Positions 17,201-26,846 of a stretch of 60,468 nucleotides of DNA are shown in pieces. Origin of the DNA: a virus. Taxonomy: Duplodnaviria > Caudoviricetes. The stretch is from positions 1 to 60,468 of IMG/VR virus record IMGVR_UViG_3300046786_000249; one strand, given 5' to 3'. The notes below the pieces were generated by a model. It saw nothing but the letters and a program-made list of their open reading frames with translations. It was not told the DNA's origin and did no database searches. Positions within the stretch are counted from its first letter, which is position 1. Every line of letters begins with the position of its first letter. The position numbers and the translations under genes are program-made.

Positions 17201-20200
17201 CCGTGGTCTCGCCTTTGCGCCCAGCGAAGACTTCGTAGGGCAGGCGGGCTTGGGCCAGGCGAACCGTGTCCGGAGCGCCGTGAGAGGGCAGGCCGTTCTC
17301 CGCAGCCTTGCGGGCCATCTTCAGGGTAAACCCTAGCTCTGCGTCGGTCAGCGTGGACAGGTAGTTCGCCACGTTGTTCAGGCCGATCTGGCGCATGCCA
17401 GCGATCATGCGACCGATGAAGGTCTTGACGATGCCGTCCTTGCTGCCGGTTGCAGCCATGTCGGACAGCACCTCATCGACTGCCTCGAGCATGCCCATCG
17501 GCTTCTCGGCCATGAGAGCGTCAGCCTGATCGCGAACGTTCTTGTTCAGGTTGTAGGTCTGCTCGAGGAACTGGTCGAACTTGGCACCCAGGAAAGCCCG
17601 CAGACCGTGGTGGCCGTAGGTTTCGTGGAACAGGGTGAACTCCACATCCGCCATGTCGCTGATGTGGTCCGAGAACAGGAAGACCTGGCCGTCGACGTAC
17701 AGGCCCTTGGCCCCCATGTTCTTGCCCAGGCTTTGCTCGACACGCTCGCGCAGCTCAGGCGGCAGATGGTTGGCGTTTGGCAGGACCGTGATCTGGGGAG
17801 CGCCCTTCCAGGTGGAGGTGATGCGAGCAACGTGCTCTGCGACCATGCTCGGAACCAGGGTTCCAGCGAACGGGCCACGACGGAAGCGGTACTCGCCCCC
17901 GGACAGTGAGTCAGGAACGCGGGTGCTGGAGCGGTTGGCCTCGGTTGTGGCGGCGATCTCCTGCTCCGGAGCCTGAGTGCCGTCCTGGTCGATGTCTTCC
18001 TCGACACCTTCCTCGTTCATGGCGTCGAACATGTTGTCAAAGCCACCGTCCATTTCGACCTCGACGCCGGAGGTCAACAGGTCGTCAACGGATTCGTCGG
18101 CGATGTCGCCAGCAGCCTCGGGCCCAGTGCGGCGCTCTTGCTCGGCACGTTGCTCGAGCGTTGTGCCAAAGCCAGTCTCGCCACGGCGCAATGCAACCGG
18201 GGCGTCGCTGCCACTGTCGAAGACGCCACCCATGCGCTTGCGACCAAGCGAGTCGACGTACGGGATCTCGGCCGACTTCTGGGCCCGCATCTCGAGGTCA
18301 TCGATGTAGGCCGCGGCCATCTCGTCTGCCTCGTCGGCGGTCAGCACCTCTCCCGTGTCAGGATCGACGTTGCCGGTCAGGATCGAGTTCAGGCGAGCGA
18401 TCGAGTCCATGATCGCCGGGATCTCGTTGAGCTCGGCGTTGGCCAGACGGACGTACTCTTGCTCGTAGCGCGATGCCTCGTTGCCGGGGATCTCGACGAT
18501 TTCAGTCTGGCTGGCGCGGGTCCACTCCAGGCCAGCGGTGCGGGTCTCGGAGCTGCGATAGAGCTTCTCGCCGTAGCGAGCGGCCATCATGTCCACGTAC
18601 GCCGTTGCGCGGGCCAGTCCGTTCATGGCCAGCTCGTTCAAGAGATCGGCGCTGTACCGGGTGGCCATCGTCAGTTGCTTGCCGTCGGCCATGGTGACCA
18701 CGACCGCTTGAGTGCCGCGGTTCTCCGGCATGGTTTCCTGGCCAGGACGCAGCGAGCTCTCGACAGAGGCGATCTGCATGAAGTCCACGCCGTTGTCAGC
18801 AGCCAGGCGCTGGAGCTGGCGGTAGGCGCCAATCACCATCCCGGCCACATCGGGCTCGGTGCCTTGTTGGATCTCGCGGAACTCAACGCGGCGGTCCGGG
18901 GTGCTGGTCAGACGGGCGTCTTGCTTCGTCCCGTCAGGCATGGCCATGTTTCGCAGTGCGGCGAACGCCTTGGACTTACCCATGACCTCTGCTTCACGCG
19001 CAATCTGGGCCTTCTTCTGCTCAACCCAGGCATCGAACGAGGCCTTGTCTTCGGCGATGGCGCCAAAGATCTGAGCCCGCAAATCGGGACGACGGCGAAG
19101 GGCGTAGGCCACGTCCTGGAACCATGCCTCACGGACGTTGCCCAGGACCCGGTTCAGGTCAGCACGTTGACCCAGCTCATCCAGCGTGTAGCGGTTGAAG
19201 AGCAGGTTCGGGAAAGCGTCCTCAGCCGAGGCCGCATCGCGCATGTCCTCGGTGACCTTGCGACGGGTCATCAGAGGCTTCATGGCCTCGATCAGGTCGT
19301 CGTGGTACTTGAGCTCTTCCTGCGTGAACTTGTCGCGCAGACTGTTGTCGATCTCCAGCGTACGACGCATGCTGGTCATCCACTCCATGCGAGCTGCGGT
19401 GGAGTGCTGGTTCTCCTCGAGGTACTGGTCCAGTCGCGAGCGCATGGCGATCTGGCCAGACACATCCATCACGCTGCGCGGAACGGACATGTTGTAGGCG
19501 CGGAAGCCGTTGACCACGTCCATGTAGCGGAAGTCGCCGTCGCGCAGGCCGCGCTGAATCAGGTCTTCCAGGCCGCGGGTGTTGGTCAGCTTGGAGGTCG
19601 ACACCTCGCGCTTGAGCTTCTTGCTGAAGAAGCGGGTCTGCATCGTGTGATCGGCGATCAGTCCCATCACCACACGGGCGCCGTCGAACATGTCGTCCTG
19701 GCTCGGGTCCAGGCCCATCTGCACGTCTTCTTCGGTCTGGCTCACCTCGGGTGCGGCCTCGAGACGGACGCCGCCAGGGATGACCAAAGTCTTGAAGTAC
19801 GGGTTGGCAACGGCCAGAGCCTTCTCGCGGGTCAAACCGCCCAGCGTGGCCCTGTCCACCTCCGAGAAGATGCGATCAAACGTGCGAGCGATCGACAGCT
19901 TGTAGACCTTTGCCTTGCCAGCGATCGACTTCTGGCGCGCAGTGGTGAGCTCTTCCTTCAGGCTTCGCAGAGTGTCCAGAAGCTCAGTCTTGGTGGTGGG
20001 CTTGTCAGGGCGGAAACCCTCGGACAGGCGTGCGTACGTGCTTTCGTCGTACGTGCCCCACAGACCAGCGTTCTGGTCGCTGTCGTCGCGCACACGGAAG
20101 GTGACGATCTTGCCGTCTTCCTCGGTCGTGATCTCGCCCAGCGCCTTGATCTTGGCCTCGACCTCGGCGATCTGCCCTTGCAGCAAAAGCACCGTGTCGT

Positions 20201-23200
20201 TCATGAACTGCATCTGCGCCGACCCGCGGACGATCTGCTCGATCTTCTCGCGCAACTTAAGCTGGCCAGGCGTGAGATCTTCAAACGGGATGAATCGGCC
20301 AAGTCCAAGCGACGCCTGGTCGCCCTTGCGCAGCTCAAACTGTTCGCCCAGACCCAGGTTGGCCGGGTTCGGAACCATGTTCTCGTCGTTCTCTTCGGGG
20401 GCCTTCTCAGTCCTCGTCTTGACGCGACGGGCGCTGGTGCCAGCCTGGTCGATGTCCTCGGATTCGGTGGGCGCAACATCGCGCTGCGGGGTGGGCGCAG
20501 TCTTCTGAGCTTCGACGCGCTCCAGGTCGCGGCGAGGAGCGGTGGCCTCCTTGGCCATCTTCTGGAGTTCGGTGAACGACCCGAAGCCTTGGGCGTACAG
20601 GTCGGCGTCCTTGAACATCTTGGCCGCCTGGGGCACTTTTCCTTCGCGCAGCAGGGTCAGCACCTTGTCCAGCTTTTCGGAGGCCTCCTTGCCCGAAATA
20701 GCCTTCTCCTTGGGCTTTGCAGCAGGCTTCTTCTCCGACCCGGAGAACTCGTCCATGTCGGAGACTTGTACGGGTTTACCCTCATCGGGTTTACCCTGTA
20801 AGGGTTTACCCTGCTTGATCGGCCCGGTCGTGTCGGCAACGAAGGACGCCACCATGTCGCGGACCTTCTCGTACTCAGCGAGCTCCTTGCCGATCTGCAT
20901 GCGGTTGGAGTCGAGGTTGGTACGGAAGCGGTCAATGATCGAGTCGATCACATCGAGCACTCGCTCGAGCAGGCTGGGGTTCTTCTCGCCCACCTGACGC
21001 CAGAACTGGCGGTCAGTGAACATCTGTCCCATGACGTCGGCAGCGATCTCGCTGTCGGTCTTCTCGGCCTGGCCCTTGTTCTCGTAGAACTTCGCGTAGG
21101 CCTCCCGAGCGTTCTGGCTCAGGTACTGCTTTACCTCCTGGGCAAGTTGCGCCGCCTGGACGGGGAATCGTTGCTCGAGGATGTGGAAGACCTCATGGCC
21201 GAACACGAACAGACCGGCCTGATTGGCGCGGGTCATGTTGATGGCGATCATGGCCTTGCCGTCTTGACGCGACAGAGCCATGCCCGCTTTGGAGCGGATG
21301 CTGCCGTTGTTGCCGGTGTAGTTGTAGGCAACGACCTGGACACCAAATGCCTTGGCCAGCTTGTTGAAGTTGGCGGGAACCTTGGCCAGCTTGAAGTTCT
21401 CGACCGGCTCGTTCTCGGTCGTGGCAAAGCGTTCCTGGATCAGCGCCAGCTCGGCCATCTTCCCGGTGGGCGCGGGCTGAGCAGGAGTCTCAACGACCGG
21501 CGCGGTCTGCGCAGGAGCCTCATCAACGGGCGCAGTCTGGGTAGCAGTCTCAACGACAGGCGCGGGCTGGACCGTGGACGCAGCCAGGTCAGTACCCTTG
21601 GGCAGCAGCTCGAGCATCAGGCTACCGATGCGGCCAGTGCGGATCGGGGTCACGCCCTCGAGGTCCGGCAGTGAACGAAGTCCCACGCGCAGGATGCCGT
21701 TCTCACCCATGTCGAACGCAACCGAGGTGTCGGTCACCTCGAGCACGGGCATCTTGTCCTTTGGCATCAGGATCGACAGGCGATCCGAGAGCTCCTCAAA
21801 GCTGGTTCCCTGGTCTGCCTGGATGATCTGATCGGCAATCGGAACCTGCTGGCCATCGTCGTCGCGGACATCGCGCATCGACTCCATCAGCGGATTGAGC
21901 GGCTTCTGGATGTTGGCCGGGGGCATCCGGTTCACGAAGTCAGGCAGAGAGTTCTTCAGAACCTCGCTGAACTCGGGGTACTCCTGCATTTGCAGGCGCA
22001 CGTTGCCCAGCAGCTCAGGGTTGTTCAAGGCGTCCTGGAACTTCTCCTGGATTTCAGCGCGGTCAACAGCCCTTGTGATCAGCTCGCGCTCCTCGACGGA
22101 GCCGGTGTCCTGGTACATGACCGCAGCCACGGCCGGTGACATGTTGAAGGTCTCGTAGACCTCGTTGAATCCCAGCTTGGAAGGCAGGTTCGCCGTGTTG
22201 GGTAGGCCAGCATCGGCGTCAGCGGCCGGGCCACCGGTATCGACAGGCTGACCAGTCGCGCCGGGTTGCTCAGCGGGCTTGTCGTCGACCTTCTTGTCGC
22301 CAGGCTTCTGCTCGGGGGTGTAGTTGAACTGCTTGAGGACGCCGCCAGTCAAACCGCCAACGAGCGCTTCCTCGGACACGCCCTTGCCGGTGGGCTGGTA
22401 GCCCATGACGTTGGTCAGAACCTTCTGACCGCCTTCTTGCACACCCTCAAAGAGGATGGTCTTGAACGTCTGGGCGGCACGGCCACCAGCGTCTCCGAAC
22501 AGACCCAGCTTGTTCGTGATGAAAGACAGGGGGAGGTTGTAAGCCGCCGCTTTGTAGCCTTGACGCTCAGCCACGGCTTCGTTGCCGGTCTCCTTGAGCG
22601 CGCCCTCATAGGCCTCCTGGGCGATGGAGGGAGCCTCCATAGCCGCACCAGCCGCAGATCCGGCTAAGCCAGCAATCACACGGGAGCCGGTCGCAACGCC
22701 AGCGGCAACGCCAGTGCCAACGCCGCCCACCATCATTGGCAAGGCAGAGCCGATGCCGCCAACCACCTTCTGAAGAAGGTCTTGTTCTTGAGGGGTCAGC
22801 GCCGCCCCATCAATCTGGGCTTTCTGGCCGAGCTCCTCCAGGCCCTTGATGCCGAACTGGCGACCAAGGTATTCAGCGGTCGACCCAATGAAGTTTGCCG
22901 CGCCACCGGCGGCAGAGTCGAACGCACGCATGGCGTAGTTGCGCTCCTGGTCGGTTCCGAGCTCTTTGCGTCGGGCGGCGATCGCGGCCTGGCGGGCGGC
23001 TTCTTCTTCGGCTACTCGAGCGCGGCCAGCCTGGTTGACCTCGGAGGGATTCGGGGTGTTCGTGCCAGCAACGCGAGTGATCGTGTTGTCGATCTTGTCA
23101 AAGGTGCTCTGGTTTGCAGGGGCCTCAGATTGAGACGGCTTGTCGTAGCCGTTCATTGCCCTGTAACGAGCAGCCACGACGTCTTGAGACGCCTCCTGCT

Positions 23201-23354
23201 TGTCCTTGTAGAACAGCGAGTCGTCATCCAGATTGATCTTGGGCGCGGGAGCCGACGCAGCAGATTGAGGAGCGATGCCCATGCGCCGCCCATTTCCTGA
23301 AGACGGGGTTGCAAATAGGGAGTCGTCATCCAGGTCGATGAGGGGCTTTGCCAT
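14202..23354 (-). CDS. Giant virion ejection / polyvalent protein (two zincin-like motifs, LPD38-like C-terminus)
   Basis: 3050 aa, last gene of the late operon; FGHEVFH and LFHETYGHHGL motifs; C-terminal ITVNFNMRG...FFNPAVQG...IPIPYGW...NENRFGAPI. Confidence 0.85.
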   Translation of the reverse strand: MAKPLIDLDDDSLFATPSSGNGRRMGIAPQSAASAPAPKINLDDDSLFYKDKQEASQDVVAARYRAMNGYDKPSQSEAPANQSTFDKIDNTITRVAGTNTPNPSEVNQAGRARVAEEEAARQAAIAARRKELGTDQERNYAMRAFDSAAGGAANFIGSTAEYLGRQFGIKGLEELGQKAQIDGAALTPQEQDLLQKVVGGIGSALPMMVGGVGTGVAAGVATGSRVIAGLAGSAAGAAMEAPSIAQEAYEGALKETGNEAVAERQGYKAAAYNLPLSFITNKLGLFGDAGGRAAQTFKTILFEGVQEGGQKVLTNVMGYQPTGKGVSEEALVGGLTGGVLKQFNYTPEQKPGDKKVDDKPAEQPGATGQPVDTGGPAADADAGLPNTANLPSKLGFNEVYETFNMSPAVAAVMYQDTGSVEERELITRAVDRAEIQEKFQDALNNPELLGNVRLQMQEYPEFSEVLKNSLPDFVNRMPPANIQKPLNPLMESMRDVRDDDGQQVPIADQIIQADQGTSFEELSDRLSILMPKDKMPVLEVTDTSVAFDMGENGILRVGLRSLPDLEGVTPIRTGRIGSLMLELLPKGTDLAASTVQPAPVVETATQTAPVDEAPAQTAPVVETPAQPAPTGKMAELALIQERFATTENEPVENFKLAKVPANFNKLAKAFGVQVVAYNYTGNNGSIRSKAGMALSRQDGKAMIAINMTRANQAGLFVFGHEVFHILEQRFPVQAAQLAQEVKQYLSQNAREAYAKFYENKGQAEKTDSEIAADVMGQMFTDRQFWRQVGEKNPSLLERVLDVIDSIIDRFRTNLDSNRMQIGKELAEYEKVRDMVASFVADTTGPIKQGKPLQGKPDEGKPVQVSDMDEFSGSEKKPAAKPKEKAISGKEASEKLDKVLTLLREGKVPQAAKMFKDADLYAQGFGSFTELQKMAKEATAPRRDLERVEAQKTAPTPQRDVAPTESEDIDQAGTSARRVKTRTEKAPEENDENMVPNPANLGLGEQFELRKGDQASLGLGRFIPFEDLTPGQLKLREKIEQIVRGSAQMQFMNDTVLLLQGQIAEVEAKIKALGEITTEEDGKIVTFRVRDDSDQNAGLWGTYDESTYARLSEGFRPDKPTTKTELLDTLRSLKEELTTARQKSIAGKAKVYKLSIARTFDRIFSEVDRATLGGLTREKALAVANPYFKTLVIPGGVRLEAAPEVSQTEEDVQMGLDPSQDDMFDGARVVMGLIADHTMQTRFFSKKLKREVSTSKLTNTRGLEDLIQRGLRDGDFRYMDVVNGFRAYNMSVPRSVMDVSGQIAMRSRLDQYLEENQHSTAARMEWMTSMRRTLEIDNSLRDKFTQEELKYHDDLIEAMKPLMTRRKVTEDMRDAASAEDAFPNLLFNRYTLDELGQRADLNRVLGNVREAWFQDVAYALRRRPDLRAQIFGAIAEDKASFDAWVEQKKAQIAREAEVMGKSKAFAALRNMAMPDGTKQDARLTSTPDRRVEFREIQQGTEPDVAGMVIGAYRQLQRLAADNGVDFMQIASVESSLRPGQETMPENRGTQAVVVTMADGKQLTMATRYSADLLNELAMNGLARATAYVDMMAARYGEKLYRSSETRTAGLEWTRASQTEIVEIPGNEASRYEQEYVRLANAELNEIPAIMDSIARLNSILTGNVDPDTGEVLTADEADEMAAAYIDDLEMRAQKSAEIPYVDSLGRKRMGGVFDSGSDAPVALRRGETGFGTTLEQRAEQERRTGPEAAGDIADESVDDLLTSGVEVEMDGGFDNMFDAMNEEGVEEDIDQDGTQAPEQEIAATTEANRSSTRVPDSLSGGEYRFRRGPFAGTLVPSMVAEHVARITSTWKGAPQITVLPNANHLPPELRERVEQSLGKNMGAKGLYVDGQVFLFSDHISDMADVEFTLFHETYGHHGLRAFLGAKFDQFLEQTYNLNKNVRDQADALMAEKPMGMLEAVDEVLSDMAATGSKDGIVKTFIGRMIAGMRQIGLNNVANYLSTLTDAELGFTLKMARKAAENGLPSHGAPDTVRLAQARLPYEVFAGRKGETTAYARYNPITGTWAVFTATGQNIRGGWNTAIERDFNNVIAAMRKHGQVVMRARSGMYIDFKLGSDFQKYVDNRAPEDLRKIDFSRPLSMDNARAIVNMGRHLKRTAIINMQNEFLPVFEAVAGLRAKGRISAAMDLVPDLEGNYERRTGEELAEARKQFEKPLLALKKEAFEKGASGTISSLGLPQDVVDRIGPDVNIVDAYLTAMHAEERNKQIAKINPKMPDGGSGMFTKDAVRILSAISSQPYARELNEMSIILADMSAYKLKRTYESGMMNKAEGNARANYKHYVTLSGLPDADNRFDDSGIGGVGSKFNSKKDKRALGRESVAEDIVARTIVSFERALVTANKNMVKQKLLAMLEYNYDPDFAVINRIQYNRRFDPDTQQVVEELDSNYLGRKDVMIVHVDGRPTAIQFKQTGKGTFADAIHGSIAPPELGPWPLEVMGKFNQVIGQMLTTWNPAWTAINFTRDTQSLYFNAVADKRVSKEMARQMVKYLPSAINAAFHVATDGKRGQGADPTMIGWYQEMRRAGGATSFLNLRGLDQKIEELEKMLDPKDPNAFVKGVGKMVEIVESINIPMEMAPRIAAYRVMREAGFSAQEAATFAGEITVNFNMRGASKWLRQWFLFFNPAVQGSAKMIKLAVDNPKTVAKLASGMFVVGFMANILARALGGEDDDGINKLDKIPVFKRATSLVLWPDMPLTAIPIPYGWNAFFAAGTFTADTMWAGTMSAGTTAKRIAQAAFESFSPIGSAGLDSQSKTGAFFKAISPTALLPIVEIGFNENRFGAPIVKTPSLFGSGERSNSALAFDSASPISSGTFKFLNELTGGDRVNSGLIDVNPGIVDYLIGSYVPGVGAELYKAASWATKSALGYDTKSAAIPLVDRLTAKVPESWDFGAFRRAEGYVKTKFDDFKFNEQNREKILKEHPNLGQAVGIVNAANNQIDDLRAARNLLEQRKDMTYGEKVQMYNLARAKEKEIIQLSVRMLMASNPEMKKEILAGD

Positions 23355-23381
23355 GAGCTTTGTTCCTTGAGGGCTACCTCA

Positions 23382-24539
23382 TTACTTGGTTTTGGGCATT
23401 ACTGCGCGAAGATCGCCGACTTGAACAATCTTGTAGCCGTCTTTCTCGGCGTACCTTGCGGTTTTGTCATCGATGCCTTTGATAATCTGAGCGGCCTCGT
23501 ATGCCGAAAGCTTCCTGTTGCTTTGTTCTCGAGTGGTGGTGAAGAGACCCATCATGCGTGCAGCATCTTCGTTGCGCTTCTCGAGCTGCTTAGCCGTGAC
23601 CAATGGGTTGTCCTTTTTCCAGCCAAGGGCGTCGTTGATCGATTTCTCGAAGTCGTCGTAGTCCTTGTCTTCGCGGCCCTCTTTCTTGGCGTTGATCCGA
23701 GACTCGGCGCCCTTGTCGGCGGAGTACTTCGTTCCCTCGAGGCCGATGCCAGCAACCTGGACACGCGTGGCGTTGTCATCGCGGTTGAGATCTCGCCTTA
23801 GGCCGCGATCCTGCTTGCCTTCTTCAACCTTGAGGGCGCGATCTTTTTCGTTCTCGCCGCCTTTGAAGTCCCGATCTTTCTTGTTCTCGCCAGCTTTGAA
23901 CTCCCGTTCCTTTTTGTCCTCTTCAGCCTTTATGGCCAGCTTCGACGCATCAGCAACGTTCAGCGCCAATGGCACCAGGTCGTTGGCCAGCTTGTCGCGA
24001 GAAACAGAGCGTGTGAGCTGCTCGCCGTTCTTGTTGGTGTAAGTCAGGTTGAAGCTGTCGGTTTCCTTGTCATAAGCTCCGCCGACGAGCGTGTTCCCAT
24101 CCTTAAACATCTTGTTGTAGACGGGCTTAAGGATCTCAACGCCTGACTCATCACCGTTTGCCAGCAGACGAGAGGCAGCAAAGATCTTCTCCTGATACTT
24201 ATCCTTTCGCATGTCGTTGATGGTCTTGTCGACTGCGAAATGATCTTTGCCAGCAAGCACAGCCTGACGCTTCATCAGCGCACCGACTGTGGTGTAGTGG
24301 CCATCGATGGCGTCGGGAGTTTCGCGATCCTCTCGCTCATTAAAGAGCTTGATCTCGTTCCCAATTTGATCTTGAAGACTGCGAATCTCGACCTTCGTGT
24401 CGTAGTCGAGCTGCTCGTTCTTCTTGCGAAGATCCATCAGGCCACGGCGTTGCTCCGCGTCCTCCATGTCCGAGCGAAGTTTGATGCCCTGGCCAACGCC
24501 TTGGACCAATCCAGAAATTGCTGCGCCAAGTGCCATCAT
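23382..24539 (-). CDS. Putative ejection (internal virion) protein
   Basis: Gly/Ala-rich N-terminus, charged helical body with ENKKDR/ENEKDR repeats; position between ejection genes. Confidence 0.7.
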   Translation of the reverse strand: MMALGAAISGLVQGVGQGIKLRSDMEDAEQRRGLMDLRKKNEQLDYDTKVEIRSLQDQIGNEIKLFNEREDRETPDAIDGHYTTVGALMKRQAVLAGKDHFAVDKTINDMRKDKYQEKIFAASRLLANGDESGVEILKPVYNKMFKDGNTLVGGAYDKETDSFNLTYTNKNGEQLTRSVSRDKLANDLVPLALNVADASKLAIKAEEDKKEREFKAGENKKDRDFKGGENEKDRALKVEEGKQDRGLRRDLNRDDNATRVQVAGIGLEGTKYSADKGAESRINAKKEGREDKDYDDFEKSINDALGWKKDNPLVTAKQLEKRNEDAARMMGLFTTTREQSNRKLSAYEAAQIIKGIDDKTARYAEKDGYKIVQVGDLRAVMPKTK

Positions 24540-25552
24540 GCGCTCCTAATCAAACCGCGAGACGCCTGATTCTTCAGACCCGCCTCATTCATCTTGTGGA
24601 GCTTCGCCAGACCGAAGTGCTTCACAGCACCTTCGTTCAGAACGAACTCGCCAGCAGAAAGCATCGCCGGAACTTTGTCATCGCGAGGACCGCCAGGACC
24701 ATCGATGTGACCCCCATCTGCGGCGAAGATTCGTTTGCCCTGCGGGGTGCCCATCCAGGCGCCACCAGCCATGCCAATACCCTGGAACAGGGCGCCAGTA
24801 GCAGCCTGGTCAGCCTGGTAGCCCTGCATGCGAGCGCTGAAGTCGCCCAGAGCCAGGTTGCCAGCCGACTGGTTGCCCTGGATGCCGTAGCCGAAGCCTT
24901 GGCCCATGACGCCAGCGCCTTGGGATGCCACACCCATGCCCTGAGCGGAAACGTTCCCGGTTGCCCCACCAGTTGCGGCAGTGCTGTTCAGGAAGTTGCC
25001 GATCGTGCCGGTGACACCTCGCGCTCGGTCAGCCACACCAGCACGCAGCGCAATGCCCTTGTCCATGGTGTCGAAGGCTGCACCGGTCTGAGCGCCAGCA
25101 GCCGACAGCGCCTGGCTGTTGGTGAGCTTTGCGTTCTCACGGGCAAACGCCGAGCTGTTGGGATTCAGGCCGTAGCGGGAGAGGGCTCGAGCGCTCTGTT
25201 CGCGGGCGTTGGAGAACTGCTGGTTAACGTTCGCAGAGGCAATGCCCATGCGGCGGTTGACGTTCTCGTCCGAGTCGTAGCCTTCCGCGTCAGCGATGGC
25301 CCTCTTCTCGGTCGGGAGGTAGTTCTCCGTGTAGATCTTCTGCTGCTCATCGGCCCGAGCGTCCTGCTTCTTCATGGTCGCGCGCATGTCCTCGATCAGA
25401 CCGGCGCGAGTTTCCTGATCCGCCTTCATCAGCGGCAGGATCTGGTCTTGGTAGACCGACTTGTAGAAGTCCAGTGATTCTTTGGCGATCTCGGCGTTCG
25501 CTTTAGCGGCTTGGCCGATCAGCGGATCTGGATCTGGTGCGTCTTTGCACAT
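24536..25552 (-). CDS. Putative DNA-ejection protein
   Basis: MCKDAPDPDP start, Ala/Gly/Gln-rich body; C-terminal ADGGHIDGPG...DKVPAMLSAGEFV motif. Confidence 0.75.
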   Translation of the reverse strand: MCKDAPDPDPLIGQAAKANAEIAKESLDFYKSVYQDQILPLMKADQETRAGLIEDMRATMKKQDARADEQQKIYTENYLPTEKRAIADAEGYDSDENVNRRMGIASANVNQQFSNAREQSARALSRYGLNPNSSAFARENAKLTNSQALSAAGAQTGAAFDTMDKGIALRAGVADRARGVTGTIGNFLNSTAATGGATGNVSAQGMGVASQGAGVMGQGFGYGIQGNQSAGNLALGDFSARMQGYQADQAATGALFQGIGMAGGAWMGTPQGKRIFAADGGHIDGPGGPRDDKVPAMLSAGEFVLNEGAVKHFGLAKLHKMNEAGLKNQASRGLIRSA

Positions 25553-25555
25553 ACG

Positions 25556-26164
25556 TCACTCCTGAAATACTTTGATGTACTTGTTTGCTACATGTTGGTA
25601 GCCCAAGTAATCGTTCAGGCGGTGAACGTTGTTCACCACCTTGCTGTCAGTGCGGATCTCGCGCACCCCGATGGACTGGACGCAGTCCTCCATGAACTGC
25701 CAGAACCGGAGGGCGGCAAATCCCAGCCGGTATTCCGGCAGGACGTAGAACGTGTCCTCAGTGGCATACAGAGTCCCCGTGTGGAGGCTCTTCCCGATAA
25801 AAACTCGGATGTTCCCGACCAAGCGACCCGTGTGGAAGTCGCGGCAAGTGAACTGAATGAGACCGCCCCGACGCTCACAGGCCGTCAGGTAGTCGTAATC
25901 CATGTGCAGACCGAAGCCCAGGCGGTGCTTCTCGGTCTCCTGGAAGTGCTGCTCATGCAGCGGATGAAGCTCCTCGAGCACGTCGCCCAGACGCTCGGCT
26001 CGAAACACCAGGCCCTTGTATTCCTTGGCTCCGAACTTCTCCGGGTTGTGTGATTCGTCAAGAATCTCCCGTGCCGCCAGCTCGAGCTCAGCAGCGACCT
26101 CCGGCGTCAGCACTTGGCCGAGCCGACGGGCGATCGCTGAACGGAGTTTGGCGTGGTCGAGCAT
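25556..26164 (-). CDS. GNAT-fold acetyltransferase-like virion assembly protein
   Basis: EDTFYVLPEYRLG...LGY; sits directly before the ejection genes, as is typical of podoviruses. Confidence 0.75.
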   Translation of the reverse strand: MLDHAKLRSAIARRLGQVLTPEVAAELELAAREILDESHNPEKFGAKEYKGLVFRAERLGDVLEELHPLHEQHFQETEKHRLGFGLHMDYDYLTACERRGGLIQFTCRDFHTGRLVGNIRVFIGKSLHTGTLYATEDTFYVLPEYRLGFAALRFWQFMEDCVQSIGVREIRTDSKVVNNVHRLNDYLGYQHVANKYIKVFQE

Positions 26165-26189
26165 GCAAGGATTTTAGGTGGGGGGATGC

Positions 26190-26846
26190 TTACGAGTACT
26201 CGTCCAGGAACTCAAGATTCATGAGTCCTCGCGCCAGGTCCATGCGCCTGGCTTTCTTGCAGAACAGGACGTACATGGACTGCCAGGCATTGAGCAAGTT
26301 GTCGGCCTCGTTGGTGTACCGGCGGACTGAGATCAACTGGTTGTTGGCGGCCACAGCGCTGAAGAGCGTGCCAGGCGGGATCTCGGTCAGGCTCAGGCCG
26401 TAGAACGACTGGAGCTCAGCCAAAGGCGCCAGGAAGAAGAGCTCTCGGAACTGGAGCATCTCCGGGCGGCAGGGCCTGCCGAACTCCTCGTGATAGCAAG
26501 TCTTGGCGATCACATAGGAATTGGGGCTGAGAAATGCAGGCTGAGGCTCGGTGTCGAGCTCGGTCGTGTAAAGCACCGACGTTGCGCTCTGCATGCCAAA
26601 CAGGCGGTTGCAAGCCACGGCATCAGCGCCAACCAGCTCCTTGGCGTCCTGAACCAGTAGGCAACCACGGATCACCGGCTCGGCCAGGAACTCATGCTGG
26701 TACTGGTCGGTGAACCCCTGGTAAGAATCCATCAGGGTCGCCGGGAAGACTTGGCGGACGGCTTCGTAGAGAGCGTCAGCTTCGGGTAAGCCACGATCTC
26801 GGCAGTGCGCCGCCTGCCCGTTTTGGAGGTAGAAGGAGTCGCTCAT
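26190..26846 (-). CDS. Hypothetical protein
   Basis: 218-aa coupled ORF. Confidence 0.7.
   Translation of the reverse strand: MSDSFYLQNGQAAHCRDRGLPEADALYEAVRQVFPATLMDSYQGFTDQYQHEFLAEPVIRGCLLVQDAKELVGADAVACNRLFGMQSATSVLYTTELDTEPQPAFLSPNSYVIAKTCYHEEFGRPCRPEMLQFRELFFLAPLAELQSFYGLSLTEIPPGTLFSAVAANNQLISVRRYTNEADNLLNAWQSMYVLFCKKARRMDLARGLMNLEFLDEYS

Noticed and set aside
15693-20801. Long plus-strand ORFs (547 aa, 887 aa) opposite the giant gene, and similar antisense ORFs such as 58647-60443 and 6524-7390
   Set aside because: Antisense shadows of GC3-biased genes; no RBS or motifs
26165-26189. TAAAAT six bases before the GNAT start (possible leaderless promoter)
   Set aside because: No matching -35 element or repeated late-promoter motif could be supported
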